Positions 13,866 through 28,096 of a DNA stretch of 64,000 nucleotides are shown one piece after another (the stretch's first letter is position 1; the number at the start of each line of letters is the position of its first letter). A program made the position numbers and the translations under genes. The notes below the pieces were generated by a model that worked only from the letters and a program-made list of their open reading frames with translations, was not told the DNA's origin and did not search any database. Source of the stretch: Octopus sinensis. Taxonomy: Eukaryota. The stretch is from assembly GCF_006345805.1 (NCBI RefSeq), contig NC_042998.1, positions 109,306,001 to 109,370,000 on the forward strand, written 5' to 3'.

Positions 13866-16012
13866 ACCTATTTGTATCTATACAACAACAGCCTCCCCTT
13901 CTGTTATCACTGAAAAGATGAATGAAGTGTCTGATAGATAAATGACCAACAGGCTAATCTACTGTTGTCTCAACAATTCTTCTCAGTCAACGTTATATTC
14001 TACAATTAACTCAGTTGTGATTTGTGTCATTCAGAATAGTCCTCTTTTTTATGTCTCTAATTCAACAGGCAGATACAATAATGTCTGGCCACCATATGCT
14101 GGAGAGCTTAATACTGGGTTAGACTGACAATTTCTCTTTGATATAAAAAGTTCTTTAATGTTAGGTATATGTCTAAAGTTTCTTGGAATGATCCTGTTTC
14201 TAAAAACTGGAGCCAACCTAGGTTTAAAAATCAGAGTAAGTCTGGGTGACTTTTGGTCTAAACATTAGAATCTCTTTATGTCTAAGCATTGGAAACAATC
14301 TTAGCATTGTTCTAAGCATCGGCGGTACATAGTAGCCTGATCACAACAGAAGATATTAAAATTTGTGTCTTACTTTGCTGAAACATATCTTTGTTTAATA
14401 TTGATCAGAAGGAGTTATTCTATAAAACCACAATGATGCTAACTTAACAATATATACATTAAAATATTTCTCTGATCATATCAGCTGAGACAACTATCAA
14501 TGAAGTAATGAAGAAACATCTATGAGGTCATTCGGCATGCTAGAAATATCAGTCAAATCTTCCTCAAATAACTACCTGCTCAAAAAGGAAAGAATATATT
14601 CTGTTATGTGGTGTTAGAGAACTTATGTCTCAAAATGACTTGAATACCTTTGATGATAGGTCTGCTTGAACCAGAGCTGAGCAGGGGGTTAAGCAACAAT
14701 AACACCTATTCTCTAATAATCTTGCTGTTAAGTGTTGTTGAAAGCCAATTGCATGTATGTTGGTGATTTTAATGATGCTGGTAATGTTTGTTACAATTAA
14801 TTTTAGATAAAGGCTAAAGTCAGGTTTAGTAAAATTTGGCTCTTACAATTAGCAAGCTCAAAACAAAATATCTGAAATGAATTTGCAACATTGAATTACA
14901 TTCAATATTATATTCCAAAAGCTGATAACAAGTTCACAAACTAATACATATGATTTTTTTTGTTAGACTTAGATATCATTGCTTTCGATCAGCAATTCAC
15001 AACTGATGGATCATAAACCAAATTGAATCACAGAGTAATTCTGAAAGGATTAAGAAGTCAAAATATTTTACATTTGAATATTTGATAAAACTTGAAATTT
15101 CATGAATATGTTATACAATTAACCATAATATACACACTATGGCACTACATTTAGTGCAAGTAAAATCTGAAGAATATTTCCTCAAGAAAAGTATCAAATG
15201 TTAAATCCACCTCATTGGAATATTTATCTTTGGAATTGATTCGTATCAACTGATTCCGATATTATATCATAAGTCATAACAAAGTGTGTTAGTGCTTAAT
15301 TAATTAATATGATAACTAATTAATGCAGTTTATACCTATATGAAGAAGAGGTAATCAGTAAACAATGATCAGTTAAAGCATGGGAGACAGGTTGTCACAT
15401 GGAAAATAAAATATTAGATAAGTATATATGCCAATATTGCTACATTGATCATCCTTATCTTTGCCATTAGAATCAGCTGTCAAAAGAACGTGAAGTGGAT
15501 ATTGATATAAAAATCTAGGACAAGCCCTTATGTAAAGATTTGTTTAAAACTGATCTTTTGACTGCTTGAATCAATCAAAAAACAACATTATCATAAAAGT
15601 AGAAACAGACAGACTTTCTCCTACATCAGCTACTTAATTCTTCAGTCAAAATAATATAAAATCTGTCAGTCTAGAACTAGTCTGTCATATCAACAAGGAG
15701 TATGCAAGTTATAGTATATTATGTTTGTGTGTATGCGCTTGCTTGTATGTGTGTGTGTGTGTGTGTGTTTCTATAAATTTTTATCACATATTTCTCTCTC
15801 ATATCTTATCTTCTGTAATTGAAAGGATGACATAGAGAATCTCATTTCGATTTTAAAATATCGCTAATTTCTCTGTTGATCTTTTTAATTTTCATTTTTT
15901 TCTTTGAAATTTGTGAATAAAGATAACTTACCTATTTCCAAGGCCAAAAAGTTCCTCAAACTTGAATTATATCAAATAATTTAATAACTTTCCACTTGTA
16001 CTCCTAAGGTTA

Positions 16013-16062
<50 letters not shown>

Positions 16063-16063
<1 letters not shown>

Positions 16064-16198
16064 CCTTCAAATTTTGCCACAAGATCAGCCATTTTGGGGG
16101 AGAGGATGTGTCAATGACATCGACCCCAGTGTTCAACTGGTATTTAATTTATCAACACCAAAATGATGAAAGGCAAAGTTGACCACAATGGAATTTGA
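16063..16198 (-). mobile_element. SINE family B, 3' part, with (AAT)n tail on the left
   Basis: catcgaccccagtgttcaactggtatttaatttatcaacacc...gatgaaaggcaaagttgacc. Confidence 0.7.
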
Positions 16199-17010
16199 AT
16201 AACAACAACAACAACAACAATAATAATAATAATAATAAGCTTGTTGCATAAATTGCTCAATTGCACTACAACCCATTAGAAAAAAGATTGAAAAAAAGAA
16301 ACATAAAATCAAGTAGGCAATGGCAACAGTGTAAACTGGAAATACATGCACAGTACACCGAATAAAATGAAAAAGTCAGATGACTGAGCTGTAAAAGAGT
16401 CATAAAGAAGAAAGTTTACACAGTCAAGTGAGTAGTGTTGGTCCATCTTGAGGACCTATGGCATTTTTGAATGATTCAATATCTTGACAGATAACAACTG
16501 ATGTGGGTGGCTTATTTTATGCTTTGACAATTCTGAGCATAAAAAAATGTTTCTGAAAGTCATGGATGCCACACAGTTTTTTAAAAATGTTATATGCATG
16601 TCTACAAGTGGCAGAGGTATTAGATTAAAAAATGGCCAAAGTTGTCCAAAGGATAGGGAATAATCTTGTAGGCTGCAAAATGTTAAATCTATAGTGTGAT
16701 AGTGCTCAGGGAAGCAATACTTTCAAGATACAGTGACTGACTCATAGTATTTGTCCAGTTGCACATTTCTGGACAGCTTTCAGTAGATTGATAGTCTGGA
16801 CAAGATGGGAATTCCAGACAAGAGATGCAAACTGTAAGTGTGGATGTGCCATAGTCATATATAGCTATAAATAGGTAGCTAATGAATAGCTAACAAAGGT
16901 CTTACTGAGTGATGCTAAGACATCTTCAACCTTTTTGATGATTTTTAGAAATGTGATTTGTCAAAAGCAGAACATTGTTAACAATATTGCCTAGGTCATT
17001 TTTATATACT

Positions 17011-18560
17011 TGTACATTGGATATATGATATAATAAAGCAGGAAAGAAGGAATTATATACACAACACACTACTATTACGATTACAAGAGACTCACTCCTC
17101 TCCACCATGGCTCACAGTGAACTGTTTACCAACCTGAACTGCCAATTTCTCACAGTTCTTTGTTTTATGACAATGAGTTGATCCACCTTTTAGTCACTTC
17201 AGGGGAGGTCAGAATCCTTCCACAACAACTCCCCTTTTTAAAATCAGCCTCCCCTATCAAGAATTGAACTCTGCTCAGTGATTCCATTCTTTTCTGTTTT
17301 CTGGTGCTAGAATGTGTAGTTTCAAATTGTTTGGGTGTTGGTACCTCAAACGTGTCATACAATACTTCCATGGGGATTTCATTTCTCATGACTGTTTTTT
17401 CCATGAATCTTTTTTTAAGTTGGTTAATATATCTTTTATGTTTGACATTTTCCCTTTTTACAGGGAATATCATTCTTCCAACTTGTTTAATAATCACACC
17501 ATCCTCCCAGCTTTCTTTACCATATCTATAAGTTTTAAAAATACTTTGTCACCTAACTTGAAGAATTTTGGAGTATTTTTGTTGTTTGCCTTTTTTAATT
17601 TTTACTCGGTATCAGCTTATCAAAGACAGATCTGCCCTTTTTAGCAAGCATTAATTCTGCGGATGACATTCCCAATTGTGTATTCAGATTAGGTGTTACT
17701 TGGCACACTCTTTGAAATTGTTGGAGTGCAAAATTGTCCATCACTTCATTGTTCACCTTTTTCAATGCCTTCTTGAAAGAGTCAACAAAATGCTCTGCTT
17801 GTCCATTTGACCTAGAATGATAGGATGGAGTGGTGACATGTTAGATGACAAACATTTTACAAAATTTTCTGAACTCATCTAACGTAAATTGAGTTTCAAT
17901 ATCAGACACAATAGTATCCGGAATACCATACTCAGCAAACAATTTGAGCAAGCAATTCATGTAAAAAAAATATTGTAACCACAAATGTCAACTTTTTTAC
18001 AGTTATGCACTTCTGGCCACTTTGAAAGTATGGACCCTTAAGTGGAGCTGTATAATCGATATGCAGTCTGGCCCATGGAACATCTGTTTTTGACCACGGT
18101 TGCCATTTAGTGGAAGGCACTTTTGCAGCTAAGGCACACTCTCATCGCCACTTTTATATCATTTGTATGTTGGATATATAATATAATGAAACAGGGGCGA
18201 AGGAAGTATATACACAACGCACTACTATTTGATATGGTTGGATGATCTATTGCACTTTCTTCTATTTTCCCCACTTCTGCATAATGTGAATTCATATTCA
18301 GCATCCCATCATTCTTTTCTGGCAAAGTAGACTGCTGTAATCTCTCATATTGCACAATTGGGCTTTTTAATGTATACATGGTACTGACACAGGCTCAGAT
18401 TGAATAACAGATGAGCTGAAGAATGGTATTGTTATCTCTTGAATCATAAAATGCAAGCTAGTTTGGATATTGTAACTCAGTACAATAAGAATTCCAGTCA
18501 GTTTTGTTCCAGTCAAAGTAGGCCATCTGGAGGTAGTGAAGGCATTTTTTTTCTGCTCAT
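17011..18560 (-). mobile_element. Decayed Ty3/Gypsy LTR retrotransposon: integrase region, polypurine tract and 3' LTR remnant
   Basis: Minus-strand peptides PWARLHIDY, YGIPDTIVSD...QFT, YHSRSNGQAEHFVDSFKKAL and HPTIS...C..C zinc motif. Purine tract ggtggagaggag precedes a TGTAATCG start at 17085. Confidence 0.85.
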
Positions 18561-19139
18561 AAGAGATATAATGATACACATTGCATATATGTGTTATATA
18601 TCATTACATTTTAAATATTCTTTGATATGAAATATCAAGGATATTTTATATAATTCATTAATCAATATTTTGGCTACTGAGCTGTATTTAAAATGTACAA
18701 ATAAACGATGATAAAAATACTAAAGAGCTTACGTTTTTAAGGTTATAAAGCTGATAAAAAAATGGCACTGAGGTTGTGGTTTTTATATGCCATAAATAGT
18801 GGTTTCTAATTATTTTTTACTTCAACTATTGGCCAAGAAACATTGATTTGGTTCCTATATGTTGGTTATTATTATATGTTTATCTTTTTCTTTGTTTACA
18901 TATGTTTCCACTCAACAGAAATATATTTGGAGAATCTTTGCTCAACAATAAATTACTTATTTCATATATGGACTGCAAACCAAAATTGATTCAAGGAAAA
19001 TAAGTAAATAGTTAATAGGGTTATGTTACATAACATGAGAGAATGTAACTTTTTAGAATTAGGAATTGATATTGATGTTGAATATAGAAGTGATGTGGAC
19101 CAGAAAAATTGTATAGTGTCAATAATATAATGGTACTCA

Positions 19140-19410
19140 TCATCATCATCATCCTCATCATCATCATCCTCATCATCATCATCATCCTCATCATCATCAT
19201 CATCCTCATCATCATCATCATCCTCATCATCATCATCATCGTTTAACGTCCATTTTCCATGCTGGCGTGGGTTGGATGGTTTGACTGAGGTCTGGAGAGC
19301 CAGCGGCTGCACCAGGCTCCAATCTGATCTGGCAAAGTTTCTACTGCTGGATGCCCTTCCTAATGCCAACCACTCCAAGAGTGTAGTGGGTGCTTTTTAT
19401 GTGCCACAAG
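19140..19410 (-). mobile_element. RTE-type 3' tail with long compound (CAT)n/CCT repeat
   Basis: cgtttaacgtccattttccatgctggc...gatgcccttcctaatgccaaccactcc...gggtgctttttatgtgccac. Confidence 0.8.
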
Positions 19411-20915
19411 CACTTTTGAATATTAATAGAAAAAAATCATGGTTTGCATGTCTTTATTTCTTACACCCATGTCATTTGATAAATGCAAATAGATTTTTTT
19501 TTAAACTATAACTAGTTATAAATCAGATAGTTTATCTCCTTTTCTAAATCTAAATTGTGCATTCTTTAAATTAAACATTTTGATTACACAAACTATTCAC
19601 TGATTTCCATAATTTTATTCATATATTTTACATTTCTATTGAAATATTTCTGCTTTTATACAAATTTCAAAAATATTATTGAAGAAATGGTGAGGGTTGT
19701 GAGGTTGTTAGGATCATGGCCTGTGGATTTCAAGTTGATAGTCTTTTAGTATTTTCACTAATTAGTCTCATAAATCTACATGGGGACTTAGTCTCCCTAA
19801 CATGATACTAATTATCAGGCCATAAAGAATTTGAACTGTCTTTCATCTACTTTGGATTATGAAAAACCATAGATAGGCTTATGAATTTTATAAAACTCTG
19901 AGTTCATTAACAGCTTAATTTACTGTGTATTTTTTAATATTCATAAATTTAATTACAAATCATAAAATAGTAGTTGAATTCAAGGTATTTTCATTTAATC
20001 CATATTAATAAAAAAAAATATTCTGAGTTGTCTAAAAATTCAGGTATTAATCATTAAGATAATTCAATCAACTTTTTTAGATTTTAATGAAGCTTAAGCA
20101 ATCTTTTTATCTAAATTTGAACTTAAAATTTCAAATTTCTAAATTCCTTATGTGAATATATAATGATTCGTAGGATTAAAATTTTTGTATAAAGTGGTTT
20201 GTTATAATAGCTTTATTTTATTCTATTCTAGTAGATCAAATGACTTGTTTAGGAAAGGGAAAACTATTTTTGTGTAAGAATTCTTATACTCAAAGATGTA
20301 GTATCTCCTATTGAAGTTCAATTGAGCTATCATAAGGAAAGCAAAACAATATGAATATCATAAAACAAGTTTAAAAAATTGAAAATATGCCCCTACCCCA
20401 GCAACAAAAAAAAATTGGATATTTTTTTCCTTCACAAATTGCTCTTAACTGGTTGGTAGTAGTAAATTGTGCTCTGTTCAGCTTGTCAAAATAAACTGAT
20501 TAATTCAAAGTCAAAAGTGAAGCTAAAATGAAAACTTGTAATTTTGGAAGTTCACCAAGATGAAAATCAAGTATTATATTATTGCAGTTGATATTGTTCA
20601 TTTGATAAGAGAGAACTAATCTTCAATATTGCTAGAATATCAAGGAATATAATTGTTTTTACCATAAACTAGGCTGTGAAATTTTAAACCCCACCCTATA
20701 CTCAGTCTTACACATTCTCAAAATGCATAAAACACAGATTGTCACAGAAATACATGTGAAAACTAAATGGCTTTGTTTCTTTTGTGTTATAATAAATTTA
20801 TGCACAAATATACATACATCATGCATATATATATACCAACATATATCAGTTTATCTATAAAAGTTCGGACGCAATTACAAGGGACTTTCTACATATACAT
20901 GTCGGATGTGTGTGT

Positions 20916-21337
20916 GTGTGTGGTATGAGAATTACTTTCCAAACCACATGGTTTTAGATTCAGTCCCACTACATGGCACCTTGGACAAGTACAGCCCCAG
21001 CCAACCAAAGCCTTGTGAGTGCATTTGGTATTTAGAAACAAAGAAACATATCATATAATATATATGTATATATGTATGTGCGTGTGTTACTATCTCTTTG
21101 CCTTGACATTATGTGATAACTGATAACTGTATGCAAGAGTTATTGTCATGCTAGTGGAATTCTTCATTTTCAATCTTCTATGGAAACATGTTTGGTCAAG
21201 GGGTAATATTATCTTATTTGGAAGTAGATGAGGGCTGGCAACAAGAAAGGCATCCATCCAACTTTAGAAAGCCTGTTTCAGTGAATTCTGTTCAATCCAT
21301 GTCAGCATGGAAAAGTAGACACTAAAGTGATGATGAT
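20916..21337 (+). mobile_element. SINE family A with internal (TA)/(TG) tract and (GAT)n tail
   Basis: ccacatggttttagattcagtcccactacatggcaccttggacaag head; ends cagcatggaaaagtagacactaaagtgatgatgat. Confidence 0.7.
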
Positions 21338-21344
21338 ATATATA

Positions 21345-21568
21345 TATGTGTGTGTCTGTGTTTGTCTCCCACCACCAATTGACAACTGGTGTTGGTTTGT
21401 TCACGTCCTTGTAACTTAGTAGTTTAGCAAAAGAAACTGATAGAATAAGTACCAGGTTTAAAAAAAAGCACTGGGGTCAATTCATTCGACTAAAAATCCT
21501 TCAAGGTAGTGCCCCAGCATGGCTGCAGTCTAATGACTGAAACAAGTAAGAGAATAAAATAATAAAAG
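21345..21568 (+). mobile_element. SINE 3' half with CR1-type tail (gtgccccagcatggctgcag...actgaaacaagtaag)
   Basis: Tail matches the end of the CR1-like LINE at 32750-32786. Confidence 0.6.
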
Positions 21569-24519
21569 AATATATGTGTGTGTGCATGTGTGTAGCATTC
21601 ATATATATATGTATCTTATATGTAACTCAGGTGAATATTTTTATGTTTGCATATTTTCATAACAGAAGACTTTGCTGCATAAACCATATGATATAGGGAA
21701 ATATCTTAGAGGAGTGTTCTACAGACTGTACACATTCAGTAGGTGTAAATGTAAGATGATATTTTACTCATCTTTCAGTGTTTGACAGGGTCTTTTCAAT
21801 TATTAAAAGGTTTATTAATATTCAGTAGAGTATCTGAGTGGGTATATGAATAATTTTTCTCTATTGATAAATTAAAAGAATTTGCTATATGATTTAGTAA
21901 AAGCACCAAGGATGAATAAAGATTATTGAGAAAACATTCTATATTTTTTTGAGAAAATTATTTCTATTTTGAATTTATTGTAATTAAAGTCTTTCCTTTT
22001 TCTCATTCTCATATAACATTTTAGCTAATTTAACATTTGTCACATTAGAATGGCTGCTAAAAAAAAGAGAGGAAAGCAACATTATGGTCATATTCATAAT
22101 GAAAGCCAAACCAACTGAAAGCCAAACCTTAAGAAATTGACCAATAATAAATCTTAACATAAAATTCACACTTAATTTTTACTGAGAACAAAAACTATAC
22201 TGTCAAATAAAATAGAATCAATTTTGTATTGAAAGTATATGCATGAATTTTTTTATTTTTACATAAATTGTAACATATCCACAATTAATCCATTGAAATT
22301 GTGCTCAAAGAAGAGAAAATAAGGCATGTGAATCAAAAGATATTCATTTGAATTAAGAAGAGAAAAAGGCAGTACGTTCTTTCAAATAATATGAAACAGA
22401 GAAACATTATGGTTTAATATGTTATAAATTGCAGCCATATATCCCTCAAATATCTTCCTAGCATCTTAAAAGAAAGGAGGTATAATGGATAAAATAAAGC
22501 TCAATATCTTCTTTCTATCAAGAATAGATTTGATGGTCAAGGCTAGAAAACTTTTGATCATATATATTTCAACTGAATCAATGATAACAGGGCACTGGGG
22601 TGTCAAACAACAACCAACTTATACTTGCAAAACTTATTTTAGATACTGGCAGAAGGCTGAGAGAAATCTGCCAAGTGAGAGGAATGTGAAAGTTAATATA
22701 TTTGTAACTCAGAATCATATATTTACCATGCATACTCTCTTTTATTGGTAAATAATGTACACTAACAAATGTGAAGGACGCATATCTATTGAACACAAGA
22801 TTTTAAAAAATTTGTGTCTTTTGGCAATATTTGAAGAACACTAAGGAGAGAGAATTACAATACTCAATGTTTGTGAAATAACGGAGCCAAGGAGGAACTT
22901 TAGTTTGATCAATGGTAAGGAATTTTCTGACATTTGTTTATATGGGAGTGATCAATAATTGGGTTGATATATTGGTAATATATTTAACATATTGTGACAC
23001 TGACAGTTTTACCTCCTCTAACATCTGTGCATTTATGTCATCAAATTGGAAGCTTTCAACAATGATCTTACCACGCTTGTTAAGAAAATAACTATAGTTT
23101 CTGATTTTGTTGTATTAAGTTTAAGGCAATGATATATTGAACCAGTTGCTTATAATGACATGGATGGAAGGTAGATGTAGGTGCCTCACACTGGAGAAAG
23201 AGATGTGGTATACTTGAAAGCATAAAGGTCCCTTGTATAGTTATGTGCATCAAAATCAACATTACTGAAGTAAGTTGGAGGTTGACAAATATATGCTGGT
23301 ACATTATACAGTACATTTGTATCTTATTTTGTTTGATTAATTATTAATATTCTAGAATAGACCTGAGTTTAAGAAATTCACCATTATGAAAAACTCTTCA
23401 GTTTCTCAGGCTGTAAGAGTCCTTTGAAATATATAAAATATTTCAGATTTTATATGCTAAGAACAAGAGAAATAAGTAGCATTCTTGGGAATAACATTAC
23501 ATTCAAGACACAAGTCACACAGCAGTGTACCTTTTGTGATAGAAATGATAATCTTTCAGCTCTTCCATTAAATCAGTTCTTTTGTGTGATGGTAATTCAT
23601 AGATGAACAAAGTATATGATTGAAGGGAGATTTATTAAAAAAAGTTAAGAATAAAGTTTTTGTCTGCAGGCTATTTGAAATCAGGTGATAGTAAATTCTC
23701 CCCAAATTCTTTCTCATTTTTTAGGAAAAAGTTCTTCAGAATGTTCCATATAAATGGAAAGATAACAGATTCATTTAAAGAAAACTAAAATGAGAGAAAT
23801 ATATATTCGCAATAAAATCATATAAAATTAAATATCTTTAATATATATGCATTTAAAATATGGCCCAATTAATTTTAAAGGCATTTGATTGATTGATTGA
23901 TTGATTCCAGTTTCAGCTTATGAGCTGTGGCCATGCTGGGGCACCGCCATTTAATCAATTATGATCAATTATTATAAAATTTTTACAATAAAATAATAAT
24001 GTCTTAATAGGCATGACATTTTCAAATTATAAGGGATGGGAACTAAAAAAATTGGAGTTTTGACTGCTTTTCAAAATAAGAGAAGCCTGTCTTTTCAATC
24101 ATTCATAGAAACTAAGCTTCATATTTCCATTTCAAAAGATATAAAATAACAATGTATGGCAGCTAAAAATACTACTTTTATTGATTTATTTATTTCATTT
24201 ATGAGTATGTTTTCTTTTCATATTATCATCTACAAATGAGGCTAAATTTCAAACATACAAAGAAAATATATAAGAAAGTATATATGTTTAATTGACACCA
24301 CTTGGAAATAGTTTCTTCTTTTTGAATAATTTTCACATTTCCTATCTATGAAGAAGTAATTACATTGCACACTCCTATCATCATTGATGAGATGTTGCTC
24401 ATTAACTTAATTAGGTTTATTCTATCCTGTTTATCTTTGTAAACACAATTTATATCACGTTTTATATATACTTCAATAATTTTATTTGAATTTGTTTCAA
24501 ATTCATGTTTCATTAACAT

Positions 24520-24990
24520 CATCTTCATCATCATCATTATCATCATTTAATGTCTGTTTCCCATACTGGCATGGTTTGAAGAGCTGGCGAGCCAGAGATC
24601 TGCACCAAACTCCAATTGTCTGTTGTGGCATGGTTTCTATGGCTGGATGCCCTTTCTAATGCTAACCACTCTACAAAGTGTGCTTTTGTTTTGTGGCACC
24701 AGCAAGGGAGCCTTTTATGTGGAACCCGCATGGGTGCTCTTTATGTAGTGCCAGCATGGGTACTTTCCCCATGGCACTGGCACAAGTGCTTTTTACATGG
24801 CACCAGCATGAGTACTTTTTATGCGGCATCAGCATGGTGTGTTTTACCTAGTGCTAGCATGAATGCTTTATACGTGGTACCAGCATGGATGTTTTATATG
24901 TGGTACCAGTACAGGTGTTTTTTACATGACACCAGTATGGGTGCTTTTTAGGTGGAACCAACATAGGTACTTTTTATGTGGTACCAGTAC
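24520..24990 (-). mobile_element. RTE-type 3' tail with internal 26-bp minisatellite expansion (24693-24990)
   Basis: (CAT)n tail and tail motifs, then ~11-12 degenerate copies of tgtggcaccagcatgggtgcttttta (starts 24693, 24719, 24745...). Confidence 0.8.
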
Positions 24991-25589
24991 CTATGAGTTC
25001 ACTAAGTAGCTTGCAAAACAAGGACCTCTCATCTGAGAGAGAGAGAGTATGTAACTGAGAGAAGTGGTTGTGTGCAAAGCAAGACGTTGGATTATGATAG
25101 AGGGATAGGGGTAGCTGTTTTACAATAGAGGAGATATTGTGCTATACCAGTAGGACATGGAAAGAGGGGGAGCTGGGAGAGAAGAAACAGTTAGAGTGAG
25201 AGAGAGGAGGAGTATAAGTAGTACGGAGAGGATAGAGGTGATGTTTCATAAGAGTGTGAGGGCAAATATTTAGAGATAGCAAGTGATGGTGAGAAGAAAT
25301 GGAGTGGCTGGGAGGTGGGTAAGGTAGATATATAAAGGTGTTGTGAGTGTGCAGAAAGACGTGAGGGAAAGTGGAGGGTCCTGTAGTGGATGGTGGTGGT
25401 AGTGGTAGTCTTGGGGGAGATGGGTTGTGGGTTTTGCCAGAGGACAATTATGCATGAGTGTGAATGGAAGTGGGGGCTGTAGAGGACATGCCTGTATGTA
25501 TGAATGGCCATGATTTTATTTATTCTCAAGCACAGCAAATCACCAGAAGACACAGTCCCTTATCATCTCCTCTGTGAGACTCAACATCT

Positions 25590-25860
25590 AAAAATCCTTT
25601 CTCATCACTTCATCCCATGAAATAGCTGTTTGTACATGGGCATCTTACAATCTGCCTTTCCACTCTGAGGAAGAGGCCCTTTTTTACCAGCAAAGACAGC
25701 AGCTCTCTGAACTTTTCCCAGCTGATTCTTAGTCTAGCAATCATGCTTTCAGAGATTCCCCTTCCACTGCTAACTTGGTCGCCTAGATAACAGAAACTAT
25801 CTACTACTTCTAAGGATCCTTTGAGAGAGTCTATTTTCTGTACATTCTCAGTGTTCACTG
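25590..25860 (-). mobile_element. RTE-clade reverse transcriptase C-terminal fragment
   Basis: ORF 25610-25858: LEVVDSFCYLGDQVSSG...KFRELLSLLVKKGLFLRV. Confidence 0.85.
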
Positions 25861-26299
25861 AACCTTTGCATCTTCACATCATCTAACATAAACACACACT
25901 CATACACAAGCATACATATGCACTTAAATACACACACACACACACATATGTCTATATCATCATATTCATCACAACTATTTAATGCCCCAGTTTGACAGGG
26001 TCCAAGAATTGAATCATGTTCGAATGTCTGCTTTGTCATGGCTTCTACTGCTTAGAGCCCTTCCTAACAGTGTGTACTGGATGTTTTTTTTTTCATGGCA
26101 TCGGCACTAGTGAGGTTTCCATAAAGCTTGCAAGATAAATATTTCTTTCAAATGAGTGAGACTACAACAGAGAGAAAGATTGCATTATACTAGATGAGGG
26201 GTTAAAGAATGCACGAAGTGGCCAGAACAGAAGAGGTTTCTTGTAGAGGAGTTACATGGCTACTCACATTATAGAAGCGAGGATGGGAGTTACCAGGGT

Positions 26300-26500
26300 G
26301 GGGCTAAAAAGAGATAAAATAGTGGTGATGAGGTGCTAGGATGGAGCCTTGGGGTACAACATGAAAGAAGTGAGTGAGAACAAGTGAACAGGGAGTGCAG
26401 GAGAGTAGAGGCTGTAAGTATGATTGGGAGAGTAAGAGATGGTTAGAGAGGTGGAATGGATTAGAGGCAAAGTATAATGACGATGAGATGTGCAAGGATT
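26300..26500 (-). mobile_element. CR1/L2-type reverse transcriptase fragment
   Basis: ORF 26304-26495 contains VPQGSILAP (RT motif). Confidence 0.55.
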
Positions 26501-26958
26501 ATAACTAGGGGAGAGTAGGTGACAACTGTAGAAATTAAGTTAGGTTAAGGGGTGCAAGTAGCAGATAAAGGCGGGGATGACCACTAATACATGAGTTGGG
26601 AGAGATGAGATGAATACAAAATGACTGACAGTATAGAAAAAGGATTTGTGATGAGCAGCAGAAGAGTAAAAATAGTAAAATAGATAGGGGAAGGAGGAGA
26701 AAGAAATGATGTGTGATTGAGGGTGAACAATGTAGAAAGTGAATGGAGATGACAATATTAAGAATGCAAATTGAATAACAAATGAAATGGTTTTTGGTAG
26801 AAAGTAATATAAGTGGTATCAAGAAAAAGCTGGTGAAGTATATAGTTCAGTTCTGTTCCCATCTAATTATAGCAGCAGAATACTGTAGTTAGGAGATAAT
26901 GGGTGGTAGGAATAAATACATACATATACACGCATGTACGTATGTGTGTATGTATGTA

Positions 26959-27673
26959 CAGGGTGTGACGGGTAAATTGTCGCCATTTTATATTTTTAAT
27001 TTTGTGCATGCACATTGTTTGGTTTTGATTTTGTTGACTACACAGTAATAGTAGGGTGGGTTGGGCACCATCTGAGAGAGAAACAGCACCATGACATAAT
27101 TCACACTGCCATAAATTTGGAAACAACATGCTTTACTGCTTGGCATTTGGGCCAGAAGTTCCAATATGCAATCTGAAGACATGTTCCAAGAGTGATAAAA
27201 ATCAAACATCCAGTCAACATCAAGGTGTTTGGAGTGATCACTAGTGATGGCGATGTTATGCCTCCATTTATCTTACCACATGACCTCAGACTCAACACGA
27301 AGTTTTACATCAAGTGCCTGGAAGAGATAGTGTTGCCCTGGGTCAAGAGGGTGGCTGCTGGAAGACAAGCAAGGAAACCCAGATACGGCTGTCAGACAAT
27401 TTCTGTGACCACATCACCCCTAACATCTGATCACTTAACCCCCCAGACTGCAACTCCCTTGATTATTATGTGTGTGGCACAGTTGAGTGAGAGACCAACA
27501 AAACTCCTTGTAACACCAAAGATGAACTGATGGCAAGGATTATGACAGCATTCACCAACTTAAACAAGGAGACCATCCAGAAGAGTTGCAAGAGATTCCA
27601 AAGTCGTCTGGAGGGTGTGGTTGAAGCTAATGGCGATTTTTTAAATAAATTTACTGTTTAGTATTTCAAGATA
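26959..27673 (+). mobile_element. Internally deleted Tc1/mariner-superfamily (maT/DD37D-like) transposon
   Basis: TA then cagggtgtgacgggtaaattg terminus; KHPVNIKVFGVITSDGDVMPPF...LPWVKRVAAGR, with PPDCNSLDYYV and RFQSRLEGVVEANGDF in other frames. Subfamily assignment is inference. Confidence 0.85.
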
Positions 27674-27737
27674 TGTGATGTCCTGTTCTCATATATGCAT
27701 ATATATATATGTGTATGTGTGTACATATACATATTTA

Positions 27738-27988
27738 TTGGGTGGATGCATAATTATTGTGGCTTTTTTCCAGCAAATTTTATTCAACATAAACAATAAC
27801 AATATTTAACAAAAACATCTTTAAATGATGGTCTGACCGTCTGCCAAGCAAATGGGAAGCAGTAATTGAAGTAGATGGTGAATATGTTCCGGAATAATCA
27901 TTTAAAGATGTTTTTGTTACATGTTGTTATTGCTTTTGTTGAATAAAATTTGTTGAAAAAAAGCCACAATAATTATGCATCCACCCAA
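27738..27988. mobile_element. Mariner-derived MITE, 251 bp, ~92-bp inverted arms, TA target duplication
   Basis: TA-ttgggtggatgcataattattg...caataattatgcatccacccaa-TA. The centre encodes DRLPSKWEAVIEVDGEYVPE*, a mariner C-terminus. Confidence 0.85.
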
Positions 27989-28011
27989 TAAATATGTATA
28001 TGTACACACAT

Positions 28012-28050
<39 letters not shown>

Positions 28051-28096
28051 TATATGAGAACAGGACATCACAAACTGCAAACAACATGAAATACAC

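Noticed and set aside
22750-23320. Possible Helitron Rep/helicase remnant
   Set aside because: Only vague motif resemblance; no diagnostic motif or terminus.
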